A program made the translations under genes and the position numbers. Shown here in pieces: positions 1-13,179 of a stretch of 64,000 nucleotides of DNA. The stretch lies in contig NW_024704743.1 in NCBI RefSeq assembly GCF_018977255.1, positions 14,820,001 to 14,884,000 on the forward strand, read 5' to 3'. This DNA is from Callorhinchus milii (taxonomy: Eukaryota). Position 1 is the stretch's first letter. Every line of letters starts with the position of its first letter. The notes beneath the pieces are model-generated. The model saw only the letters and a program-made list of their open reading frames with translations, ran no database searches and was not told where the DNA came from.

Positions 1-546
1 GGTTAGTGGCTGAAGACACAGGCACCAATTGTGGTGCGGAAGGGTCGGGGGACACAGCAGGCCTGTGCTAGCTGAGCGTTGGGTTGAGGCGGGCTGGGTC
101 ATAAGAGTATTGTATGGGATTTTTGTGTGGCATTTTTCATTTCGTCATGGGAATTTTTCAATGCAAGTGTAATAAACACAATATATATTTTGTTCCTTCT
201 GGATTACAAGGAAGGTGATACAATGACCAATGCTCTTCCCGGGGGCATCGGATGAGCTGACTCATACAACTAACAACAACAAATTACCTTTATATAGCGC
301 CTTATATAACGAGGAAGTCCCAAGGCACCGGGAACTAAACATGGAAAGCTGGCTAGTAGAATAATTCAGAACAGATCAAAAGTAGCTTGTAGGAGAAAAC
401 AGGTCAACCAGCAATGGAACTGCTACTTGATACACTTACTGTGATTCTAAATATACCATCAGCTCAATTTTGCTTCTGTTACCCTCTACAGTTCAGTTGT
501 ACTATTTTGTATTAAGTCTTGTATTTAAAGCACATCTTAGCTAATA

Positions 547-733
547 CTATGTGAAGCTTAGTCTACAATAATACTTGAAATGCATGTTATTTGATGCTGC
601 ATTGACTAACTCCTTCAAAGAGAACTGGATACATGTCTGCTTAAGAAGAGCATTGAAGGATCTAGGTATTGGTGCTGACTGATCTAAGCAAATACTCCAT
701 AGGTCATAATTATTTCTGTGCTGTTGGAGTTGG
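547..733 (-). CDS. Terminal coding exon of an unidentified multi-exon gene: (C)QLQQHRNNYDLWSICLDQSAPIPRSFNALLKQTCIQFSLKELVNAASNNMHFKYYCRLSFT*
   Basis: Strong acceptor ttcttctctttcttccag| on the minus strand. Phase-2 entry matches the phase-2 exit of exon 1349-1484. Open to TAG at 549-547. Non-repetitive sequence. Confidence 0.8.
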
Positions 734-1348
734 CTGGAAGAAAGAGAAGAAGGTTGTATTTTAACAGTAGAGATAAATATTTCTATGAATTTTGCTTCAT
801 TCCTTTTGGGATTCAAAAAGTATGTAAAAAAGACAAAGAAAAACTTATATTTGTTCAGTGCCTTATCACATCTAAACATTTCAAAGTACTCCATAGATAA
901 TTACAGTCAACTGTAGTGACCACTCTGTAGGCAAACACAACAAACATGTGTTGTCCCTCAACCTTGCCAGAATACCAGCAGAAATGCTCTCCTCTTTTTA
1001 AACTGGTAGGCTGGACTTTTGTTTCAAATTTCATCCAAAGCACAATGGTCAATTACAAACTGCAATGATGTGAATAACCATTTTATCTGGAGGATTGTTA
1101 ATAATAATAATGATGATAATATTATTATAATACTATTATACAGTTTGTCTTTACAGGCTTAGTAAATGGGAAAATCAATAGCAAAATATTGTAGTAGGTG
1201 CCTTTCTGAGTGTATTAGTTGTCTGCACTATCTTTCATTACTGCACCTCCAGCAATGCAACACTCATGCAGTACTGGACTGACGTACAGCTTAGACTATA
1301 AGATCAAATTTGAATATGCACTTGAATCTCATGATTTTAATTAATTAC

Positions 1349-1484
1349 CATTGCATGACTGTCATCCCACAAGAATGTAACACTTTTGGTGGTTGGTGCT
1401 CTATTAACGAAACTTCAATTCTTAACAATTTTGCTGATAAAGTTAGAAGTATTGGTGTCATCAGTTGTGTATCAAAACATATAT
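1349..1484 (-). CDS. Internal coding exon (136 nt, phase 1 to 2): (D)ICFDTQLMTPILLTLSAKLLRIEVSLIEHQPPKVLHSCGMTVMQ(C)
   Basis: Acceptor tttcttttgtcactag|, donor ATG|gtaatt, open frame, phase-compatible with both neighbouring exons. Not in the ORF track. Confidence 0.85.
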
Positions 1485-2069
1485 CTAGTGACAAAAGAAA
1501 TAGAAAGTGAGAGACTAAGAACACTAGAGAGCTAAGAGAGGGGACATTTTAGTTCAGAGATCCTGAAAAAAAGATTTTTTGAAAAACAATAAGAATTGCA
1601 GTCAGGAGAGAGAAATGTTATGATAAGTAAGGACAGTAGTGGATATAAAAGATTCAGTCTGAAGTGAAATAATCAAACATCAGAGACAAAGAGATTGTGT
1701 TTGTGCAGGAGAATAGCATCTGTTAGAGGCATTGAGATTGCCATCTATAAGGATTAAAGGCAAGTAAAATTGACATAAAGATGGTGATCAGCAAGCAAGA
1801 TTGCCAGGTATCAGTAACAAAGCAATTGTAATGGAAAGCAGCATCTTTAAATGCAATACTGGGAGGTATGAGAAGAAATTGGAAGGATTGCGTTCAGCAC
1901 AATAACATTTTGGCTGAATGATCTGGATGTGTACGTATAGTTAGTGGGTATTCTTGTGTAGCAAGAGAAAGCATAAATTATCACAATATAACCGTCTTAA
2001 CGTACCTTATGATGTGTTATAAATTAAATAAAGCATTAAAAACATGTCAGTGCTTCACAACAAAAGCAA

Positions 2070-2720
2070 TTTGCAATTATATAGTGCCCTTCTTGTAGGG
2101 CAACATCTCAAGAGTACTGTACAGTGTCAGAGTTGGATGCCGAGCAAAGGAGAAGGGGAGGGGCAGGTGACCATAGGCGCAGTTAAAGAGATAGGTTTTC
2201 TGGAAGGATACAAAGATATTTAAAGAGGAGAGGCAGAGGGATTGAGAGCTTAGGGGCATCGTTGTTGAAGGCATGGTCATCAATAGTTGCCCGGAGGGTC
2301 GGGGGATGTACAGCTGACCTCTGCTAGCTGAGTGTAGGGAGGAGCGAGGGCAAGGATGGATTTGTATGTGAGGGTGAGGATCTTGAAGTCTATCTGTTCA
2401 GAGATGGTGGAGTCTGGTGAGGATTGGGGTAATGAGCCTGCAGAGTTTTGTGCCTGTGAGGATATGGGTGGCAGAATTTTGTATGAATTGAACTTTGTTG
2501 GAACTGGGGAGGGGAGGAACTGGGGAGACCAGTGAGGGGTGCATTTGAGAAATCAAAGCAAGAGGTGACAAAGGCATGAATAAAGGTTTTGGTGTGAGGT
2601 GGGGTCGGAGGCAACGTGGTGGAGGTGGAGGAAAGCAGTCCTGGTCAGGGACTGAGGATCAAACCAGATATCGGTTGCGAACTGGTTTGGTGACTTTGAG
2701 AGATAGGCTATGGAGCTTGA
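2070..2720 (-). mobile_element. Old L2-clade LINE 3' fragment
   Basis: Minus-strand translation TFIHAFVTSCFDFSNAPLTGLP resembles the L2 ORF2 C-terminal motif, and a decayed L2 tail is present. Confidence 0.75.
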
Positions 2721-2945
2721 GCAGGTCAAGGAATTGTTGACCCAAGAGAACCCTCATCTTTAAGCATCCTATCTTACTCAGATTGCTATAATAATATAAT
2801 AATAATCCTTGCATTTCATACAGCGCCTTATCACATCCTCAAGATATCTCAAAGCACTTCATAGGACATACTGTAAGGTGGATGGACTATGTATTTTGTG
2901 GGCAAAACTACAAGTGATGTAGTAATCTTTTCACTGCTTTCATAA

Positions 2946-3355
2946 TGGCTCAATCGGTAGTATTTGAGTCAAAAGGATGTGGATTCAAGTCCCAAATCAA
3001 GACTTTGAGCTCTTAGTTGAGCTGATGCTCTAGTGAAATGCTGGGGGTATACTGTATTGTTGGAAGTACCTTTGGATCAGTTCAACCAATGTTCTGTCTG
3101 CCTGTTAATGTGAACCTTAAAGATCCCATGGCACTATTCAATAATAGATGGGAGTTTTTCTCAGTGTCCAGATGAAATTAGTTATTCACTTCATGACTAT
3201 TTGTGGGATTTGCTGTGCGCAAATTAACTGTCACCTTTATCTACAAATATACAGTCATTACACTTGAGAGTAAATCCTGTGAAACACTTTGAGCTGTTTT
3301 GATGATGTAGCAAGATGCTTTGAAATGCAAGGATTATTATTGATTATTATTATAA
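2946..3355 (+). mobile_element. Deu-domain SINE (SacSINE1/AmnSINE-like), old
   Basis: tRNA-like head (ggctcaatcggtag...ggattcaagtccc), aaagatcccatggcactattc core, L2-like tail with (tta)n. Confidence 0.75.
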
Positions 3356-3923
3356 TGGGATCTTTACCGTCCATTTGAATCGACCAACGGGAGCTCTTGT
3401 AACATCTCTTCTGAAGGAAGGCACTTTCAACAATGAAGCACATGGGAAATGTCAGCCTACAAATTGTGAGTTCAAGGTCCTAACATGGGGCATGAACCCA
3501 TACCCTTCTGATTCAGTGGCAAGAACCAGGCTAACACATACACAAGATCTTCAAAGGTTAAAAATTAGTCACCCATTTATTATGTGTCCTTTGGACTTTC
3601 TCATTAATGTGACAGAAATCTGTTTACCCATCACCAGGTTTCAATGCAGAAAAGACCTAGAACATAGGAACAGGATGATGCCATTCAGCCCTTTGAGCCT
3701 CTTCTGACATTTTATACTCATGAAAGATTGTTTATCTACTTCTTCACATCCCTCAATACCTTCTCGAATATCTACTTATTTCCCTTTTAAACATCCCAAT
3801 CATCTACTTCCATTCCATTCATTCCAATGTATCTATAGCCTTTTGGGACAGTGCATTCCCCATTTCTCTGTGAAGAAATATTTATTGATCAGCTGAATCA
3901 GGCTGACGCATAGTACACACATT

Positions 3924-4140
3924 GTGCCAGTGTGCCCTGAAACTCTGGAATACTCTTCCTTTATCCCTCCGCCTTGCTCCTTCCTTCCCCATTTTCAGGT
4001 CGCTCCTGAAGACCTTCCTGTTCGACCATGCCTACAGTCAGCTCCTCTTCCCCCCAGCTCGGAATTGTGCTCCGCCACTTTCACTCACTCTGGGACACTA
4101 TCCTGCATGAGGAACGTTATATAAGTACAAGTTGTTTTTG
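3924..4140 (+). mobile_element. L2 3' end fragment
   Basis: ALKLWNTLPLSLRLAPSFPIFRSLLKTFLFDHAY motif plus a decayed tail. Confidence 0.8.
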
Positions 4141-4269
4141 CTGATCTCACTTTGTGGACTTCACAGAATTATGAAAAACTCTTAAATAAAACAAATCAGG
4201 ATAATATGCTGATGTGTGCCCCACAGTCCATCCCTACCACGCAGACAGCTGTTAAGGTTGTATAATTAC

Positions 4270-4440
4270 CTAGCCTGGTAATATAATTCAAATCAATTTT
4301 ATGCAGTTTGCGTACATGTTGAAGGTAATGAGCTGTGCTTGTGCAGCAAAAATTTAAAGCTGGGTCAAAAGCTGAAACTGATTTCCGTTTCTCACCCTTA
4401 GTGTTTATAACTTGAATGTATAATTGAAGAAAGATTGGAT
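4270..4440 (-). CDS. Internal coding exon (171 nt, phase 1 to 1): (D)PIFLQLYIQVINTKGEKRKSVSAFDPALNFCCTSTAHYLQHVRKLHKIDLNYITRL(D)
   Basis: Acceptor ctgttttatttacatcgttgacag|, donor TAG|gtaatt. Lies within ORF 4196..4447(-). Phase matches exon 1349-1484. Confidence 0.85.
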
Positions 4441-4600
4441 CTGTCAACGATGTAAATAAAACAGTTCTAGAATGCCTAAGGCGTGCTGTTCAAGACAGCT
4501 ATGAAATAAAACAAGATAGAAAAAATCTATAAGTCCTCTTTATACTGAATGTTTTGCAGAACAGTGAACTTGGTATGAGTTTGACTCCTGAATCCTGACA

Positions 4601-5660
4601 CATGGTAGTATCTCAGGGCTCTGTCCTTAGTCCTCTCCTTATCAACATCTACATGCTCCCCCTTGGTGACATCATCCATAGACATGGGGTCAACTCCCAC
4701 ATGTATGCAGATGACACCCAACTCTACCTCTCCATCCACCCTCGACTGCAGGACCGCTGCTGTCCTCACAGACTGCCCATCGGACATCAAGTTCTGGATG
4801 AGAGCTAACTTTCTCCAGTTGAATGTCAACAAGACCGAGGCCCTTCTGCTTGACTCCCATCAGCTCCTCCATACCTCGGGTATCACCCTTCATGGATGCA
4901 CTCCACACATCATGAGCCAATACGGAACCTTGGCATTCGACCCTCAACTGTCTTTCATCCCCCACATCCATGCCATAGTCACTCTGCCTTTGCCCACCTC
5001 CGCAACATTGCCCGGCTACACCACTGTCTCTCACCACAGACCACCGAGACCTTCATCCACATGTTCACCACATCCAGGCTTGACTACGCAAAACTCCCTG
5101 CTTGTTGGCTTCCCGAACTCCTCCCTCTACAGCCTGCACATCATCCAGAACTCTGCAGCCCGTGTCCTCTCCCGCACCAGGTTCCGCAACCTTATCACCC
5201 TTATCCTTGCCCAGCTCCACTGGCTCCCCATCACTCAAAGTATAGCGTTTAAGATCCTGGTCCTCACCTTCAAAGTCCTCCATGACCTTACTCCTCCCTA
5301 CCTCTATGACGTCCTAAACCCCTACCAACCTGTTCACACCCTCTGCTCAGCAGGCTTCGGCTTGCTTCTTGTCCACCGCCTTGACCACCCCACCACTGGC
5401 GAGTGGGCCTTCAGCCTCTCTGCCCCCACCTTTTGAAAATCCATCCCACAGTCTCACCTCCTCCCTTGCCTCCTTCCAGACCCGTTGCATGACCTTGCTC
5501 TTCGACCATGCCTTCGGTCACCCTCCTACCTCTACCCTCCCCACCCTCCACCCCTCCTGATCTCAACCACCAGCTCGGGTGAGGATCCCTGACTGTCCAG
5601 CTCCTTGAGACGTTCCCCTGACATGAAAGGCACTATACAAATGTAACTTGTTATTGTTAT
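4601..5660 (+). mobile_element. 5'-truncated, frameshifted L2 LINE (RT to 3' tail)
   Basis: [37 protein letters not shown] and LHWLPI motifs; tail tgaaaggcactatacaaatgtaacttgttattg. Confidence 0.95.
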
Positions 5661-6253
5661 ATCATACATTGCCATTTCAGTAGTGAGCATCAGTCTTAAA
5701 GAAGTTTAAATGTTGTTCTAAAGTGACACTATAGCATGCCATTAAGCTGCACTACTTGAGTCCAACGAACAGGAAAGACCAAGGTTGTGATATCAAATCT
5801 TTCATATTCAGCTGTATTATTATATTTTAAGGTCAGAAGTTAGTCAGTACCGCAATGCTAACCCTTAACCATTACCTCATAAACATCTGGAGTGAGCTAT
5901 ACCACATTCACTTTCTGAACTTGTGCAACTGGAAAATTCGGCAAATATACAGCATTGAAGTAATGAGATGAGTGTGGGGAATAGACTATAATGAACAAAT
6001 AATACTCTATATGTAAACATTAAAGAGCAGGTGTATCAGTAAGGCAATGTGCCCAAAGAGTTGGACTTGCAAACAAAGAAAGCTTGATGGCTCTCTCAGG
6101 AACAAATAACTTTTTTTTTGAAGTGTGCAGTGGGGTCTGCCTTCATTCCAATGCTACACAAAATTCAGAAATTAAGTGAAAAATAAAGTATAGAAAATGG
6201 AGAATATTTCATTACCAGGAGTGGTTATCAAACAAATACAAATAAATGCTTAC

Positions 6254-6284
6254 CGTGTTCTATTTTAGATACGATACAGAGGAG
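6254..6284 (-). CDS. Candidate short exon (31 nt, phase 0 to 1): LLCIVSKIEH(D)
   Basis: Strong donor ACG|gtaagc, weaker acceptor ataacag|. The only open frame exits in phase 1, as exon 4270-4440 requires. Confidence 0.55.
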
Positions 6285-6735
6285 CTGTTATGTTATTTAT
6301 TAAAAGATCGAGCCTGCTATGCTTGAACCCTTGACCTTCTGTGTGTTACTAACTGAGCCAGGATGACACCTAAAAGGACACACAACCCATGTTGCACAGG
6401 AGGAGGATACAGCAGAACAATGGGGACATAACTAGCTCTGGAGAAAAACACTGAGTGCACAGGATGAGAAATGAATGAAAAATAAATCTGCCCTCAGGCT
6501 GTCTCTAACTTGGAATCAAGGTCTTTGTGCATCTGTTCCCCAATCCCTATTGAAGAATCTAAATTATTCAATCTTTAGGAGAAATGCAAATGTATGGGTA
6601 AAGACATACAGTCTATTCATCTCCTTGTTTGAAGGGAAAATTAAAACATAGTAAACGAGGAAAATGTAATCAGTGTTAAAAAAAACTGTGGAGATGTTAC
6701 CCTGTTTCAAAATTCAAGGGCATGCCATTTTCTAC

Positions 6736-6781
6736 CTTGAAAGTCATGCAATGCAATAGATAATCTGCCATTTCCTCTATG
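6736..6781 (-). CDS. Candidate short exon (46 nt, phase 2 to 0): IEEMADYLLHCMTFK
   Basis: Acceptor ccttctattctaaag|, donor AAG|gtagaa. Phase-0 exit fits exon 6254-6284. Confidence 0.5.
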
Positions 6782-7130
6782 CTTTAGAATAGAAGGTACG
6801 AGTTGTTCGGTTTATGGATGCACAACCCAATTCTCTCTTGCAGACCTTTATGTGATATTATTCAAATCCAAAGGGCTGAATGGTCTCCTCCTCTTCCTGT
6901 TTTCCTCTGTTCCCAAGTTGGGAATTCACTGCACTGGACCTCAAAATATTAAAAACAGGTATTATTTGTCTGTGGTTTCAAGATACCATCACGCTGACTA
7001 ATTTTTATCATATTTGGTCACAGAATCACAGAATGTTACTGCACAGAAACTGGCAATTTGTTATGCTTGTTTTTATCTCCACACTCGTGTTAGCTTCCCA
7101 TTGCATTTAATGTTCCTCTTCAACTCTGCC

Positions 7131-7515
7131 AGGCTCAGTCGGCAGCACTCTTGTCTCTGAATCAGAAGAGTGTGGGTTCAAGGCCCACATTAGAGACTTT
7201 GAACTCATAGTCTAGGTTGAAACTACAGTGCAGTGCTAGGAGAGTGCTGCATTGTCACAGGTGCCATCCTTCGGATGAGACAATAAACCAAGGTCCTGTT
7301 ATCCTGCTGAGGTAGTTGTTAAAGATTCCCTGGTATAATTTGAAACAGAAGTTTCTCCTTGTGTTCTGGCCAATAATTCTCCAGGCAAAATTGGTCATTC
7401 ACTTCATGGCTATTTTGTGGGACATTGCTACAAATAGCACAGTAAATCCTATGAAGTGCTATGAAGCATTTTGACGATGGGGTAAGGTGCTATTTCAAAT
7501 GTAAGATTTATTATT
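7131..7515 (+). mobile_element. Deu-domain SINE, near full length
   Basis: A/B-box head, then the cagtgcagtgctaggagagtgctgcattgtc..ggtgccatccttcggatgagac..taaaccaaggtcc Deu core and tail. Confidence 0.8.
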
Positions 7516-7914
7516 AATCATTCCCCTTTTAAAAAAAATGAACTCTGCCTCAATTATAATTTGTATAAAAACATGTTCCCACCCTTTTAATTCTTTTTGT
7601 CATTATCTCAAATATGTATCCTCCAGTCACTGACTCTGACTAGTGGGAATGATTACATTTCAATATAAAAAAATATGTTTGAAGCTTGAAATGTTAAAGA
7701 ATGAAGTCTCCTAATTAAAAAATAAAAATTCTTTACTATCTGAAGCATTAGAATGTCAAATTGTCCTCTTGATAAATCTATTGCCCATCAATTTCTGCAT
7801 GGAACACCATTGCTTCTCCAAAGACAGAGGAGTGCCATTCTTGATAATTAGATGTTGGTAAACCTTGTAATCCCAATGTCCTTTCTATTGACAGCTCAAA
7901 CCACTAAATGCAGA

Positions 7915-8620
7915 CTTGTTTGACCCTCAACTATGCTTTCTATCTCACATCCATTCATGTCCCACTCTGTCTTCCCCCACCTCCGCAACATTGTCCAGCT
8001 CCGCCACTGTCTCACATCACAGCCCGCTGAGACCCTCATACACGCATTCATAACATCAAGCCTCAACTACACAAACTCCCTGCTTGTGGGCCTCCCCAAC
8101 TCCTCCCTCCATAGGCTGCAGATCATACAGAACTCTGCAGCCCGTGTCCTCTCCAGCATCAGGCTCCATGAACCTATCACCCCCATCCTAGCGCGACTCC
8201 ACTGGCTTCCCATCACACAGACAATACAGTTCAAGATCCTGGTCTTCACTTTCAAAGTGCTCCATGGCCTCGCTCCTGCTTACCTTTGCAACCTCACAAC
8301 CCCTATCAACTTGCCCGCTCCCTCCGCTCAACGGGCTCTGACCTGCTTCATTGGTGGCAGGACTTCTGCCACTCTGCCCCACCCTCTGGAACTCCATGCT
8401 GCAGTCCCTCCACCTCAGCCCCTCTCTTGCCTCCTTCAAGACACGTCTCAAAACCCTCCTCTTTGACCATGCCTTTAGTCAACCTTCTTCCCCCCCCTAC
8501 CCTCTACCATCCTCGATCCTGACCCCCAGCTCGGGTCCTAAACTCTAATTGTCCAGCTCCTTGGGACATCTTCCTTACATGAAAGGCGCTATACAAATGT
8601 AATTTTGTTGTTGTTGTTGT
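7915..8620 (+). mobile_element. L2 3' fragment
   Basis: HLRNI..LIHAFITSSLNYTNSLLVGLP..LQIIQNSAARVL..LHWLP motifs; (ttg)n tail. Confidence 0.95.
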
Positions 8621-8739
8621 AGAGACCACAAATTGTAATGTAGGCAAATGCAAGGTAATGTGAATTGATACAAAAAAACAGTAAATGTGCATTGAAAATA
8701 ATAATAATCCCTTATTAAATTTTTTTTATATAAATGTGG

Positions 8740-8902
8740 TCGCTAAATCCACGACTGTGGGACACTGCTGTGCTCAACTGGCTGCTGTGTTTCGCCCACA
8801 AAATATACAGTCAATTCACTTTACAGTATCTTCTGTGAAGCGCTTTGAGACGTCTCAAAGACGTGATAAGGCGCTATATCAAATGCAAGGATTATATTAT
8901 TA
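8740..8902 (+). mobile_element. Headless SINE 3' half (older tail type)
   Basis: gactgtgggacactgctgtg..aaaatatacagtcaattcactttacag..gagacgtctcaaagacgtgataaggcgctatatcaaatgcaagg. Similar fragments lie near 13482-13700, 51960-52120, 52280-52410, 54690-54910 and 61485-61637. Confidence 0.85.
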
Positions 8903-10099
8903 CACCCTCAGGACCCTTGGAGGCAACAACAGCAATAACTTGCACTTATGTAGCCTTTCGATGTGTTAATTATCATCAGATCCCTTTTTTTTCAACACAT
9001 GTGCCAATTAGTACCATAATTTTTGCTCACAAAATATACAATCAATTCATTTTACAGTATATTCTCTGAAGCACTTTGAGACGTCTCAGCAACGTGATAT
9101 ATATCAAATGTAATGATTATTATTATCCTTGTTAGTCAACACACCACACATTTTAATTTTCACACCAAAGTTGCATGTTTAAGATATAAACTAATATATC
9201 AAACTATAAATAAAAAATAAAGTATTTGCAACTTATATAGATCACCGATGATCAAATTCGGAATATTGGGATAACTTTTGGTGTGTTCCTTACGTTAATT
9301 AACACAAGGAAAGCATCATACTGCAAATGTTCTCCCCATTGTGTGAGTACTTGAATATTTATCTTCACAATTATCTTGGATCAGTAAAGAGGATTCAGAG
9401 GAAGCCAATAAGGATGATTGCAGTACTTTTTTCCTATTAGAAAAAAGATAATTGTAGAGAGCCTGAACCAGCAGTTATTTAAAATGATGAGCTCCATAGA
9501 TGCTTTAGATATAACAATTGGGCTTAGGTTTTAAAAATAAAATGCAAACAAACAGCAAAATTGAAGACTTGTCCATCCCCTTTCCCACCCCTGTCCCTTT
9601 GACAGAATAGTGGATATGTGGAATAGACTGAGCAAAAGAACTTCATGACTGGATTGATAGCTATTTTAGAGCAATATTTGATGTCTTACTGACAGGTGCA
9701 CACTGACGGTCTGAATTTCGCAGAGATTCATTGAGAAGAGGTTGAGCAGCATGATTTGGGATTAAGAAGGAAATGTATTGGAACCCTGCTGTTGAGGTAA
9801 CTATGTGAATTTATTTCCCTCACAGTGGCTTCTGTACTTCCTCCAAGACCATTCTACCAATTTATAACGTCTTGCTTATAATATAAAATCCTTGCATTTG
9901 ATGTGATTTGATTTTGCATTTGATTTCTCTTCGACCGTACCTTTGGTCTCCCTCCCACCTCTCTGCCTTCCGTCACCCCTACACCACCCCTCCCCCAGGC
10001 TCGGGCCCCGTTACCTGACTGTTCAGCGCTTTGGGACGTACTCCCGACGTGAAAGGCGCTCTATAAATGTAATTTTGTTGTTATTGTTGTTGATGCTTT

Positions 10100-10472
10100 C
10101 ACATCAGGAGGACATCTCACAGTGAAGTGACTGCATTCTGTAGGCAAACGCAACAGCCAATTTGCACAAAGTATTTTCCCACAAATATCCATAAAGTGAA
10201 TGACTATCTGGGAGATTGTTGGCCAGAACGCCAGAAGAAACTCCCTTCTCTTTACAAATAGTGCCATGGGATCTTTAATGTCCACCTAAACTGACAGAAG
10301 GGACCTTGGTTTAACATCTCATCCGAAGCACAGCATCTGAAACAATGCTACCCACTCCAAGCCCTGCGCTAGGGTGTTAGTCTGGATGATACGAGGTCAA
10401 AGCCACAAAATGGGACCCAAACCCACAACTTTTTAACTCGGAGGCAAAAATGCTATGAAATGAGCCAGGATG
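10100..10472 (-). mobile_element. Deu-domain SINE
   Basis: Reverse complement of the Deu core (agtgccatgggatctttaatgtccacct..ttggtttaacatctcatccgaag) and tRNA head. Confidence 0.8.
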
Positions 10473-11444
10473 ACATGACATCTGAACTCACAATGAAACA
10501 AAATCAAGGGAGTTTCCCGTCTTGGTCAACAACAGCATCGTTTGTTGTTCTTATTAGCAGATTTTTTTTTGAGCCTCGATGTAACTACTTAATTATTGAT
10601 TTACATTAATTATAAATTCTGTGTAATTTAAAGATTATTTATCACAGCCATGGAAATGTGAATTACATAGAAAATATATTATATCCTGATATGAAAAAGC
10701 CCCAGTAAAGAGATCTGCTGTGTACAGTATGTAGCAAGAGAAGAATGAATTATGTGCTTTAAAGTACATTTTCATGTAATTGCTGCTCTGTACTTCACAG
10801 GGACTGTTTGAGCTGCTGAGTACATTTTAAATGCTGATTTACATGAACTTCAGCACAATGAATTCCACCGAGGAGTAAAAATGGCCTTGTGCAACACTGC
10901 ACAAATATTATCGTCTTTTCCTCTCCATGGTAAAAAATATTTTACGTGCAAATATAATATCATTTTTCAAATAAACTGTAAATAATCAATGAAAAATAAA
11001 GTGTTTGGGTATTTGATTTGGGAAATATAATTTAATTTTCTTAACTGCTTAGTATTTTCAATGAATGCATATATAGGAGTGGAATACTTTTGGCATGCTA
11101 ATCCCAGTATTGTGAATAAAACCTCTCTGGTGGCTCCTGGGTGTTAGAGTTAGTTTTCTATCTTTACAGTGCGCTAAAGTGGAAACACAGAACTGGACTA
11201 GAGGGGATAGAATATGTACATTTATTTGTTACATGCTGTGTTGCAAAATGTATTGCTTCAATATTTTCCCAAAATGCAAAACCTTGTGACTAAAATGTAC
11301 TTTGATTTTTGTGACCAAAACAACAGCTGGATCTATGACGTATGAGGTTTGCCAACCAGCAAAAAGATTACTATTGTTAGAGAATAGGTAATAAAATAAC
11401 AATGATAGTCATAATAATAATAAAAATAAATTAAATGTGGATGC

Positions 11445-11605
11445 ATATGGCAGTACAAGACAGGAATAGTTCCTATAATCAATCATTGGCACTGTTAATA
11501 AGGCAATTCAGAAATGACTTGAAAAGATACCCAATGCACAAAATGTCTACCTCCTGCAGAAAGTAGTTATTTTGGGAAGTTCAGATATACTACCAAAAAT
11601 AACAT
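11445..11605 (+). mobile_element. Fossil C-terminus of an R4/Dong-clade (restriction-like endonuclease) non-LTR retrotransposon
   Basis: Translates with one frameshift and one stop as IWQYKTGIVPII/IGTVNKAIQK*LEKIPNAQNVYLLQKVVILGSSDIL, matching the recalled VVPVVIGALG...LQKAVLLGTAHIL end of R4/Dong/Rex6 ORFs. Confidence 0.65.
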
Positions 11606-12799
11606 CCATTCATGTATATCATTATTATTGTTATTGGTCTGGCTGACCCATCAACGAAAACTACTTAGAAACGGTCTCTATGAAGTGGTCTAAATATCAC
11701 TAAGCCCTTCACAGGTTTTACTGCAAAGTGTAGTGACTGTGTATTTTGTTAGGCGAACGTGGCAGCCAATTTGTGCACAGCAATGTTCCACAAACTGCCA
11801 TAAAGTGAATGAACAATTTTATCAGGGGAATTGTTTGGCATGACACAAGAAGAAATTTGCTTCTCTTTTCAACTAGGACCGTGGGATCTGATTAGGCAAA
11901 AAGGACCTTGGTTTAACACCTCATCTAAAAGATGGTAAGATGCTCCCAAGACATGGTATTTTATTTGCAACACTGTAGATTTCTATTCTAATTTAATCTA
12001 ATCTCTTTTGCCTGGGTCTATGATCGCCACCTTGTTTGCTCAGTATCTGAGCCAAGTTCTATATTCTGTATTTGAGCCAAGACTTTATTCTATGTGAAGG
12101 GTGCTATATAAATGCAAGTTGCTGCATTCTGCTAATCTGCCATGGAAGATCGCACTCTGCAAACCAGAGGGGGTTGTGTCTGGCTCAGGTACCACTAAAT
12201 ATCACTGGATTGAAATTTCACCCCATGATTCCAAATGTAAACTCACCAGTCATCTCTAATAGCTTATATGGTCAAATACCCTAAACATGTGGCTTAGTTA
12301 TTTAATGGCTTGGTTTATAACAGCTTCCCACTGACCGGATACCAATAACCACACCCAAATCCTTGTTCTACTGCTAATAAATATCTCTTTATCATTTTCA
12401 CATATACATTTCCAGTGTTTTTTAGCTCACATTTATCTACATTAAAATTCAATCCCATGCATGAGATATTTGCTGAAACAATAACAACAATAACAAAATT
12501 ATATTTGTGTAGCGCCTTTCATGTCGGGAGGATGTCCCAAGGAAACATGATTTTTTTTTAAAAAAAGCCATTCATGTCCCTTAATAAAATCCTGTGGACT
12601 GCTTTGAGCCTCTTCCTGATGTGAAAAAAATTATATCAAATGAATGATCTATTTATTTGTCTATTTATTATTCGTCAGTCTGCCTGATCACATATGTATG
12701 TATTATCACCATTTTCTACCATATTAGAAAGAAGTACTATCTTCAAAAGCATTTTGAGCAGTGTTAATGGCTGAAGACCCAGAGCAGGCTCTTGAGAAA

Positions 12800-13075
12800 C
12801 TGCTTCCAAGCATTTATCATCACCTTCTGCTTCCTATTACTGAGCAATTTTCAGTCCAGGTGCTTAATTTGCCTTTAATTGTACAAGCCTAAAAAAAACT
12901 GGCACATGAAATATTTTTTTCGGAATCTCCAGGTAAACACATCTGTGCCTCGGCTTCCAGTATCATCCTTCTCAATAGATTTCCTAAATAATCTATCTGG
13001 TTTGTCAGACACAGTTTGCTATGGACAAAGTGGAAACATTTCTTTAGATTCATCACCTGCTGTTATCTAGAACCT
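12800..13075 (-). mobile_element. Highly decayed CR1 RT fragment
   Basis: Minus-strand remnants of CLTNL, DVVYLDF and WIENWLSNRKQRVVING. Confidence 0.6.
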
Positions 13076-13179
13076 GCATCTATATGGCACTAAAAATATA
13101 CCCCTTAACAGCTAGCAAACATTGTTTGAGCTCCAGGACTTTGACAGACATGAAGTTGACCTTCTAGACAGACTCAAGG

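Noticed and set aside
4602..5436. Longest ORFs in the track (also 7933, 25332, 25481, 40346, 53618) as host genes or an active reverse transcriptase
   Set aside because: All are frameshifted, 5'-truncated L2 ORF2 pieces. No intact EN-RT ORF exists in the window.
5876..5929. Minus-strand exon-like segment (ttttccag..GAG|gtaatg)
   Set aside because: Stops in all three frames.
12767..12892. Plus-strand mini-ORF MAEDPEQALEKLLPSIYHHLLLP
   Set aside because: It is largely the antisense of a decayed CR1 RT segment.
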